From assembly GCA_030141605.1 (NCBI GenBank), contig JAQGDQ010000182.1, positions 367,813-431,812 of the forward strand: 64,000 nucleotides of DNA. The letters run 5' to 3'. A program made the translations under genes and the position numbers. Shown piece by piece: positions 53,901 to 64,000 of the stretch (positions are counted from its first letter, which is position 1; every line of letters begins with the position of its first letter). This stretch comes from Tubiluchus corallicola (Eukaryota; Animalia; Priapulida). The notes beneath the pieces were generated by a model. The model saw only the letters and a program-made list of their open reading frames with translations, did no database searches and had not been told where the DNA came from.

Positions 53901-56900
53901 TTTTTCGAATTTGGTTCGAACGTGAATTATGAATTCGAATAATTCAACGCCCCAATTGCTTCAATTTATTTGTTCTTAAAACGTTTGAAATATCATGCAG
54001 TCAGAATAATTTGGTTATGGTTTTCCCATATTATTATTTAACACGTTTTTACTTGTTTTAGCACATGCATAACAACAACTAATCTCAAATATCACTTAAA
54101 AACAGTAAGTAAAAGTAGATTCGCTAGGCTGCTAAGTACGCAAAACTTTTTTTACTCTTTTCCTTAATTTTAGCTACACCAATCTATCATTATAGTCTTA
54201 GTAGTGAATTAGTGCTATATGCACTGTCTTCGTTGGCTCAGAATTAATTTGAGGTTTTTTGTGCACATTATTATTTTTATTGCTGGTTCGAAACTAATTG
54301 TCTTTAGTATGCATTCGAAATTCAAATTTAAAAATTTGATATGATTCCAATTCAAAAGCCAAAAATTCGAATCGATTCAAATTCCATATCAGGTAGTGTT
54401 TATTCACCCCGACTTAAAATTCTGTTGTAAAAAATGAATGTCTTTATATTAGTTTTCACCTCCTTTTGTAGTTTTTAAAGGATGTTAGCTTTAGTTGCAT
54501 AAAGGACAAGTGAATCGCAGCAGTACAGCGGCATGTCGTATTACGGGCTTATGATCAAAATGAAGATGATGACCAAATGTTGACTGTGTTTATTAACAGT
54601 GTTTATATCTCCATTCAAGTACTTCTTTCTTATTGAATTTTTCTAGGATTTTTTTCAGGTAAAAAAATTGTGTTTAGTCTGTGAACTGAAAACTGACGTA
54701 TTTTCCCTCAAATTATGCGTTTGCATGCTTGCTAAGCTTTACACTGATACTAATCTGACCTGGTCAGGCAAGTGACATAAAATAAGGGATAGTATAAGAA
54801 AAGTGTGTTTATATAATCCACTGTTGATGTGATGCAAAAACTTTCAAAATTTATAATTATTTGAGAGGTAAAAGTAAAGTTTTTAGATAACCCAGGAAAC
54901 TAAAATAAGAAAAATGTTTTTGCTTGCCTATACCTCTAAGTCAGTGGCTCCCAAACTTTCTCGGACCGTTACCCAAATCGAGAAACCCGGTCGTGTCCAT
55001 TACCCCCCACCTAGTACTACTTCTCCAACTCAAAAAGTAAACACACGTATATGCCACAAGCAAGCAAAATTATTTATGTTTGCTCGTAACATAAATAAAT
55101 TTCCAGGTGTTGTTGTTGTATTGTTGCCAACAATTACTGCCGGAGGCAGTCTCTTCAAGAAGAAAACTACGTAAAATGCATTCCGAGCGAAGTTTTAAAA
55201 ATTTTCAGAGGGGTGCCCGTTACCCCCCCCCCCCAAAAAAACCATATTACCCCTAGGGGGTAATTTACCCCTACTTTGGGAACCACTGCTCTAAGTTTTT
55301 ACATTCTAAGGCCCCAGTTCAATTGCTGTGTATGTTAAAGAATTGTCCAAAGACCACTCAATGTGAAATCTTTGGTGCATCTTTTAATACGTACATATCA
55401 TGCTAAGCACTGTTTGTGGCTTTTACATCAGTTTCGCTGTCAAATTGAACAACTGTTTTTTCTAGAGCTAAACAGTGCAAAACGGAATTCAAAATTTTTC
55501 CATTTCTATTGCCCCTTTGCAAAAATCGTAATGGACTATCTTTATTTGAATGTATATTATATTTTAGATTTCAGATGAGCAGCAAAATAAATCTGATTCC
55601 AGTGCCAATGATGAAACTATGCTCAAATCTCGGACCCCAGCACAAACTACAAAGGAAAACACTACTTATTCTCCAAGGTTTGTGAAACGATGTGTTCTGA
55701 AGTACCTTTGGCTAGTATCAGAGTTTTATGTTTGCTGTGTAATGTACCTAGAAATGTCCGTACTGAGTATGAGTTGGTGTTGCTCAGTTGAAATCATTTC
55801 ATTAATGCTTTATCTTGCACCACACACGTAATTTGTATAGTATACTACCAAGTGTTATAACTTTTATCACGAAATACAGTTTTGTAGCCAGGTGCTGTTG
55901 TACTGCATTTATTATTACTATTACAAATTAATAGGAACTCCATTTTCATCATCTTTTCCATTTTACATCCACATTTTCCCACTTACATGGGTTGAATGGG
56001 TTACAGCTCTTCACTACTCTGTTTTATCCTGAAACATTTCCTCATTAATTCCTGTTAACTTTATATTTTCCAGTACCCGGTGGTCTTCGTCTTGCTACCC
56101 CACGCATACATTGGAATCCAGATGGTGCACTTACCTCATGAACTGTTGTTTTGTATTTCAACGATATGCCATTGTTAATCAGCAGACTGGCATTTGTTCT
56201 TAATTTTCACCATGCTGTGGCCACCCTTTCTCTAACTCGTTTCTCTATCCCGCATTACAGTCAAACATATCTCTTTGTCAGTGTTGTATATATGTGATAA
56301 TCGTATTATCTCTCGGTGAAAACAAGTTTTTGTACTTTTTATTGTAATTCGTACTGTTTCTTTAAGATGCTGTTCTTTGTTTAATAATAGCTATGAGTAC
56401 AGACTCGCAGCAGAGAGACTAGCTGCCCAGGTTGCTGCTGACAAGCTTGCTGCCGCTTATAAGGGACAGGATGTTGAACTAGATGAATATGAAGGAAAGG
56501 TTATTTCACCCGGTGGAGTTTCTACAGAGAGCAGCAATAGCTTTGAGCTGCAGACAACAAATAACTGTAAGTTTTGTTTTCACTATTTCTATATTAGAAA
56601 TCCTGACCAAAGCATTCTGCAAAATGAGCTTTAATGGCTTATTCACATAACAAACTTGCTTATTATGTTAGGAATATTTCTTGTAACAATATAGTGATTG
56701 TTTTTTTGCTCTGTGTAAGCTTGTTAGTCACTAATTAATAATTAATCAAAAGCAAGTAAATTAGCTGAAATTGTGAAAACATTATATTCAGTGTAAAATT
56801 TCATTGTAATCGATTACTTCATGGTAGAAGCTGCCGGAAGCCTGTACAGTTGTCCTACGTATTACAAATGAAAGTTAATGCAAATTATATTTTTTGTAAA

Positions 56901-59900
56901 ACTGGAAATGATAAGTTAATTTTTTCTTAAGGTCGTTTGTCCTTTGTCGTCAGTTACTTTTAAAATTAACAAGATTATTATGCGATGTTGGAAATTTTCT
57001 ACAGGGTAACATGATTGGTATATCTTAGTAAGTTTTTTAATGACTGTAGAGAGTATAATTTATGCTGTTAGATGTAGCTAGAGTAAAATAATGTTTTTTT
57101 AATCATTTGTTTATACGTGCTACTGACCAAATCTTTTTTTAAAGCCATACCAGGCATACCAGAAAACTTTCTACCAGCACCAGATGATAAACCACCACCT
57201 GTGCCAGATACTCCACCTCCACCTCTTGACGACGAACCCGTATCGACACCCGTTGATGATGAAACCATCGAGTTGATGACAGACGAAGAAGCTGGACGGT
57301 TTCTGAGTTTAAAGTGAGTTGAAGTGGCTTCTTTTTCTTTTGACTCATATTTTTAATTATATGCTAGAATTTGATTCTGCAGGTGCTTATTTTAAAAAAG
57401 TGTTTGAAGCTTTGAATACAATCTTCTGACATTTTCTCACAGCTTTTTGCGGCTGAAATATTAATATCAGTAATTGTGACAAAATTGGAACTGCTCCTTT
57501 ATTGCTAACATTGTATCTTTTGCATTTGCAAGATAAATTATTATTGAAAATGCACATGTGCTACTCAATTGTGCTTTTGTCACCATTTGTGCCCAGTAGT
57601 ACAGTCTAATTTTTACAAACTGTGATGAGTGTGTCGAACAAACAATATGAAAATTATTTTATAATGATCAAATGCAGGTTTTATAGTGCATTTATTCTGT
57701 AGTGCATGCTTGTCAGCGTGCAAAACAATGATGTGCAACACTCGATTATTGTAATGTTTCAAAGAAACGAATCTACGAGTTGAATAATCAGATACAAAAA
57801 ACTTTCTATTAGGATATCTGCAAAAAATTCTAATTGTTGTCAACCCAGGCAGGTTGTTTAAGTTGTGGTTCTTTAATAAAAGTGCTGCTATGTTTCCTAA
57901 CTGTTTGGTTGGTGTGTTGAAAAAATATTTGATCCAATGTCAAATGCATTCTTGTAGTCTCTTAAAGGGCATGGAGGGCATATTTGTCTTGCTAGTCCTA
58001 TTTCTATAAACAGTTTGACTAAGCTATCGGATATTCACATTTTTTTCGTATAAACTTTTTGTCAACTTCATGAATAGTGAATAGCTTACCTCTAACATGA
58101 TATACTTTATTGTTGGTTTATTTTTGTTTCTTCCAGTTGTTTTGTTTTTTCAGCACCCAACATGAAGTGGTTGGAGGTCCTATTGTCACTGGTGATGGGA
58201 CGAAATCTGTGAAAGTGGCACCTAATGCTGAAGTCGGCGATGAAGCCAATGAATCGCATGATTACGACGAAGTTGCTGATGATCAGGAAAGTATGGACAC
58301 AACTGAAGATGGGGAAGTTCTTCATGAAAGTCACATCATGCCATTCGATGACTTCGAAATGTGAGTTATTCTTTTTACATTGTTTGGACTGCAGGTCATT
58401 TTTAGCATGTGTTGAAGACATTAGTGGGCTGTTTTAGTAGATCAAACAAAACCAGTTTCTCCTTTGCATTGTTTCTTTGTGTGAGAAAGAACATTGTTAC
58501 TATTTTGATTTCTAGGATTGTTAGTCTGGTGAAATAAAAAATGCAATGAAATTCCTTTTGGAAAAAAACTTGCACTTAATGAATTTTGTAAGCTATTCCT
58601 TTGTATGTTTTAATCGATAAGTACAGTGTAAATTTTAGTTAGTCTGCTGAAACTGTTAATCTCTTGTTGGTGTAGTTACATTAGAGCAAAAATTAGAGAA
58701 ACAGTAGCAATTTTGAGAAAATATGATCTTTTGAAATGCCTAATTCCTGTTGATCACGGTTGGAGTGCAATTCAAAAGTTGTCGAATTAAAAAGTATAAC
58801 AGATTTCGTTTATTGTGGAATACTTGTACCTGCTGATATTTTTCTTGTTATTAAGAATTTCTTGCCACTACAATATACTGTTTTTCTGTGCAGGCATGCT
58901 GCTCATGCCAAATACTATATGGAGATACCAGGCCTGTCAGCAGAGCCAGAAGATGATGAAACTGTAGAGCAGTATAAGAAACCAACACGGCTAAAATTCT
59001 GCACGGCTCCAATAAAGGTTAGTATTGATCATCCTTTCTGTATTGGGTGGATTTTTTGTTTTGATTTTATGGATTTAATAGTTTCATAATCAGTCAAAAA
59101 AACTGTATTGTGATTAAATACAGGTAGTCGTCTACTTACGACCGTAATACGTTCTAACGAATGGGTCGTAAGGCGAATTGTATGCAAGTTGGACCCATAT
59201 ATGAACGTGGTGCACTCCTACACAGAAGCCATTGTGTGTGTGAGTGTATGGAGGTGCCTACGATGAATTTACTAAAACAGATAACCAATTTTAAATGAAT
59301 TTGTTCGAAAAAATGGGAAAAAAAAGAATTATAATTGGTGTTGTATAATTAACTATTTAAATTGTGGTTGGGTTGCAAAGTTGAGTAGTCGTAGGACTCA
59401 TAGGTTGTAAGTCAACAAGTACCTGTAATGTAAACCAGCGGTATAAATGACTCTTTGCAACAAACATTATTATTATTGGGGTGTTGGGATGTTGATGTTT
59501 TGCTTGGTTCTGTTTTAGGTATTTAGTACCTGGTCTGAAAGCGACTATGACCGGCGTAATGATGAAGTTGATCCCGTTTCTGCATCAGCCGAGTATGAGT
59601 TGGAAAAACGTGTGGACAAAATGGAAGTTTTTCCAGTCGAGCTTATAAAAGGTGTATACATGTAGAAATTGTTATAGAGTTACAGGTCTAAGATAAACTG
59701 CATATTGATTTTTTCTGGTTTTAAATCTGTCCTTAAATCAACCTCATTCCCGAGGTTCTCTGTTTTTTTGAAGTAAATATGTATGAAATGTAAGTCAATG
59801 TATGTATATAAGTAAGTGTGTATGAAACACTACTGTCACACTCTTAGTAATAGCACTTTTCATACCTGTGTGAGTCAAAGAACATTTTAGTGTACTTGCT

Positions 59901-60056
59901 TTTCTATCTAGGCCGACAGTTTTATTTTTCTGCAGGATCTGAAGGTCTAGGCTTGAGCATCATAGGGATGGGGGTTGGTGCAGACTCCGGAATTGAGAAA
60001 TTGGGAATATTTGTGAAGACTATAACTCCGTCAGGTGCAGCGGCTAATGATGGCAG
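47975..60056 (+). CDS. PPP1R9A: Neurabin/spinophilin (PP1 regulatory subunit 9), 5' portion; rest of PDZ and coiled coil not seen in the window
   Basis: Phase-consistent exons 47975-48095, 50449-50689 ([14 protein letters not shown], actin-binding motif), 51386-51724 ([13 protein letters not shown]), 52074-52261, 53506-53714, 55568-55677, 56391-56566, 57145-57313, 58154-58360, 58894-59017 (EIPGLS...[10 protein letters not shown]), 59519-59651 ([29 protein letters not shown]), 59936-60056 ([31 protein letters not shown]). Likely co-ortholog of PPP1R9A and PPP1R9B; start codon tentative. Confidence 0.9.
48407..49078. mobile_element. Non-autonomous hAT element with intact 8-bp TSD
   Basis: gtctgatg|TAGGGATGTTAA ... 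TTAACATCCCTT|gtctgatg. Confidence 0.88.
52193..52485 (+). repeat. 138-bp tandem duplication spanning an exon 3' end and its splice donor
   Basis: 52193-52330 and 52348-52485 differ at one visible base; 17-bp filler between them. Confidence 0.92.
53852..54395. mobile_element. Degenerate MITE rich in TTCGAA subterminal motifs
   Basis: Imperfect termini tacctgtgaatttg ... caaattccatatcaggta; many attcgaa motifs; no TSD seen. Confidence 0.5.
54942..55288. mobile_element. hAT (Charlie-like) MITE with intact 8-bp TSD
   Basis: ctctaagt|CAGTGGCTCCCAAA ... TTTGGGAACCACTG|ctctaagt. Confidence 0.92.
59121..59425. mobile_element. Tigger-like MITE
   Basis: TA|CAGGTAGTCGTCTACTTACGACC ... GGTTGTAAGTCAACAAGTACCTG|TA. 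Confidence 0.75.
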
Positions 60057-61328
60057 GTGAGTTGCAACTAGTACCACAGGTATTATACTTACTACTAATA
60101 TTATTATTAGTTGCTGCTATTTAGTGTCAGCAATGTGGTTAGCGTCAAAACTATGTTAATGTGGTTAGCGGTTCAAAAACATAAATAATTATCAAACAGC
60201 ATGGCTGTGGTACATTGACGCATTAGCATTATGAATAATAATTAAATATAGCCAATGATTTCGCTAATGGTTTAACATATCTCCTTATTGTAACCTTGAT
60301 TTTTTTTTATTTATCGTGCGTATTGTAATGAGATGTGGATGAATCTGTTTTTGTTTTTGAGATTACAATAAGCATATAGTTGATTGTGTGCGCGCGAAAA
60401 TTTTCATAAAATTAAAAGAATTATTCTAGTAGTTTATCGAAACATATAGTATATGCCCTTATCAGGCACGGCAGCCATTAAACTGGAGTGTTTTTAACTA
60501 TTTGTATTTAAAGTTGTGTAAAATCTCTTTTTCGCTTTGCAATTGATTGCTGAAGTTTTATGTTTCATTATCAGTGCTGCAACACTATCACCTTATTGCA
60601 ATCTTCACTTTGTTAAAAAATAAAACACACGTGAGTTGCTCGGGAAAGATGTTTGCCATTGACTTAGGCTTCGAAGCTAATATCTAAGTTTAAGAAACAT
60701 TTTGGCAACTGTTATATCTAAATGATTTTATTAAAATAATCTGTTGTCTTATCAAAATCATTGTTTTATGCAAGGTCAGAGGAACTGCAAAATTCATTTT
60801 GTTGTTCGTTCAAAGTAACTTTTACAAATTCTGATGAAGTTTTCTATACCAAGTGGAAAGTATAATAAATTTATGGGGACATCATGAATGTTAAAAAAAT
60901 AAAAAGGAGTGGAGATGGTTGACGGGTTAAGAGCAAGAATCAGATACAGTAAAATGTGAGACATTTGCATGATGAAGTTGATTGCAGCAGCGGCAGTAAT
61001 GTTTCTGCTGGTTTAGGAAGAAGACGTTATATCACTGTAGAGCTCAGTCTTCACACTATTGCACTTTTTTCTGTTTGTGGTACTATTACTTTTTAATTGG
61101 GCCTGCCAAATGTGCTGGTAGGATCACAATTAGTCTGCACCTGTCCGTCAGAATTTTCTTAAAAAATGTTGTTTTTTTTCCAAGTACAAATAACTCGAAG
61201 CATATTAGGACAGTCAGGTATTTATATGTGTATATGTGCGCGTCATTATAAAGGCAATTGTATTACTCTTTTTTGTGCAAACTTTTGGTTGAAATCTTTT
61301 TGTTAGCATTTTCATAATGAACGTTGTG

Positions 61329-61672
61329 CAGTCAACCCTCGTTAAATCGGACTAATTGGGGGTGGTGGTGGTCTGGTTTAGCCGATTGTCCGATTTATCC
61401 GATATGCCTATATATGGTTTATATTATACAGGAATAATCACCTTAATAAGACCTATATACATTGCACTATATACTGTTCGCTATATACTATACTGTGTAT
61501 TACTTTAAAATAGTTAACCTGTGAGGATAAAGAAATTATTGTACAGTCGGTAGGCCGTGTTGTGTTTAGCGCTCCGGCTCGGACGGAAATCGGTTAGTTT
61601 CCTTTACCACGGATTACGTCTGTCTTATCCGATATCCGGGCTAACGGGGTCCGATTTAACGAGGGTCGACTG
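61329..61672. mobile_element. Tc1/mariner-type MITE
   Basis: 24-bp TIR CAGTCAACCCTCGTTAAATCGGAC / GTCCGATTTAACGAGGGTCGACTG followed by TA. Confidence 0.85.
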
Positions 61673-62918
61673 TATTGTTAAAGCCCTATGTTGTCTAAAA
61701 GCCCTACACGGCTTATATGTCTAAAAAGTACGTGTCAACTTAAGCTCATATAAGTTACTAAACTATTTTAGTAGCCAGTATCGTATTATAAATTTTCGAC
61801 AATATTTATAATCTCACTCTCTAAACAAGCTGATATAAGACACTGCTGCATTTTACCTGGTGTAGCACTCTTTGATCAATGTCATATTATTTGATTAACA
61901 CTATTTGAACACTATAGATCATACTTTCGATATGTTTTGTGATTGCTATTCAGCACCAAGTAGACTCTCTATTAGTTGTATTTGCTTAACAAGTTCGCTA
62001 GCTGTTGCATTTTTTGATGCTGAGGTCAACAGCATTTCTTGATGATATAAAATTTTCTAGTCTACTGACAGTTTAGATGCGAGGTTCATTGACATTGGAA
62101 ATTTTTATTTACTTTCTGGCATGTTTTCATCCTATCTGGATCAAATCTCTATTCATATATTCTGCAGTGTGCTTACAGCGGACAACTATCAACTACCAAC
62201 ATATGGCAACTATTTATTTTTTTGTAAAATATTCCTGTATTCTGCCTTCTATATTATAGATGCCATTCTTGATGACTTTATGTGATTTACTTGTGTTTGT
62301 AACTTCATCTTCCCAATTTGTTATACTAGCATTGCCTTTGAGTGCTTTTTGGAGCACATTTTTATCAGAATTTCTGGCTTTCCTTTATTCTAACTCACTC
62401 AGTGGAAAGTCATATGTTAATGGCTTGCCGCACCCAGTTTCTATACTGCCAGTGGATAGAGGACTTATAAGCCTCACATCTGCTATGTGTAATTAAGTGT
62501 TCCAAATACACATGCAATAAGTTGCCCCTCTTCTGGATCTAAGAACTTTGATTTCAAAGCTACTGTAACCGGGAAATCATCCGGGTTGTCTTCAATTAGC
62601 AATAGGTTGATTTTAACGCTTCAACTAGTATTGCATACTTCTATAGCTAAACATTTCAATACTTCTCCTGAAAGTAGTGTCCGATATTCTCACGATTTAT
62701 TGCTGATGTTTCTATGGTGCCTGTCTTGTTGCTGGTCTTTTTGCTTTGGCTACTGTGCCTTTTTGGGATGTGCAAGCCAACATTTGTTGCTTTCCAGGCT
62801 CAAAAGGTGTTTACTAAGCAAAGATTTTTTCTCACTTTCTCAGTGATGTAGTCACTCATGCTAGTTTTGCACTGGAGGCAACAGCATCCTGATCTGATGT
62901 TTAGAGACTGGGAATCAT

Positions 62919-64000
62919 GTTTGTAAAAATTAGACTGTACTACTGGGCACAAATGGTGACAAAAGCACAATTGAGTAGCACATGTGCATTTTCAATAATA
63001 ATTTATCTTGCAAATGCAAAAGATACAATGTTAGCAATAAAGGAGCAGTTCCAATTTTGTCACAATTACTGATATTAATATTTCAGCCGCAAAAAGCTGT
63101 GAGAAAATGTCAGAAGATTGTATTCAAAGCTTCAAACACTTTTTTAAAATAAGCACCTGCAGAATCAAATTCTAGCATATAATTAAAAATATGAGTCAAA
63201 AGAAAAAGAAGCCACTTCAACTCACTTTAAACTCAGAAACCGTCCAGCTTCTTCGTCTGTCATCAACTCGATGGTTTCATCATCAACGGGTGTCGATACG
63301 GGTTCGTCGTCAAGAGGTGGAGGTGGAGTATCTGGCACAGGTGGTGGTTTATCATCTGGTGCTGGTAGAAAGTTTTCTGGTATGCCTGGTATGGCTTTAA
63401 AAAAAGATTTGGTCAGTAGCACGTATAAACAAATGATTAAAAAAACATTATTTTACTCTAGCTACATCTAACAGCATAAATTATACTCTCTACAGTCATT
63501 AAAAAACTTACTAAGATATACCAATCATGTTACCCTGTAGAAAATTTCCAACATCGCATAATAATCTTGTTAATTTTAAAAGTAACTGACGACAAAGGAC
63601 AAACGACCTTAAGAAAAAATTAACTTATCATTTCCAGTTTTACAAAAAATATAATTTGCATTAACTTTCATTTGTAATACGTAGGACAACTGTACAGGCT
63701 TCCGGCAGCTTCTACCATGAAGTAATCGATTACAATGAAATTTTACACTGAATATAATGTTTTCACAATTTCAGCTAATTTACTTGCTTTTGATTAATTA
63801 TTAATTAGTGACTAACAAGCTTACACAGAGCAAAAAAACAATCACTATATTGTTACAAGAAATATTCCTAACATAATAAGCAAGTTTGTTATGTGAATAA
63901 GCCATTAAAGCTCATTTTGCAGAATGCTTTGGTCAGGATTTCTAATATAGAAATAGTGAAAACAAAACTTACAGTTATTTGTTGTCTGCAGCTCAAAGCT
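62919..64000 (-). repeat. Inverted duplication of 56539-57620, including one whole neurabin exon; reaches the window end
   Basis: Reverse-complement match at both ends and in spot checks; three ORFs in the track are identical to those at 57068-57348. Confidence 0.97.

Noticed and set aside
63191-63471. Apparent second gene on the minus strand
   Set aside because: It is the inverted copy of the neurabin exon 57145-57313; no independent gene evidence in this window

Overview
AT-rich, intron-containing animal genomic DNA, probably an invertebrate protostome (inferred from ERp44 sequence style; taxon not determinable here). Five genes were reconstructed by hand from GT-AG boundaries and codon phase. 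(1) WAC, minus strand, 5' part only, running off the window start. (2) ERp44/TXNDC4, plus strand, complete, with two duplicated alternative terminal exons ending RDEL or HDEF. (3) A full-length ~2029-aa SMCHD1 (GHKL ATPase plus SMC hinge), minus strand, in only two coding exons. (4) SMNDC1/SPF30, minus strand, single coding exon. (5) Neurabin/spinophilin (PPP1R9), plus strand, 5' part up to mid-PDZ. The last 1082 bp are an apparently identical inverted copy of 56539-57620. Introns and intergenic DNA hold many MITEs (hAT with 8-bp TSDs, Tc1/mariner-pogo with TA TSDs), decayed LINEs, a long hairpin and two templated-insertion scars. Gene identities rest on remembered motif similarity, not on database searches. 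Most short ORFs in the supplied track are spurious.
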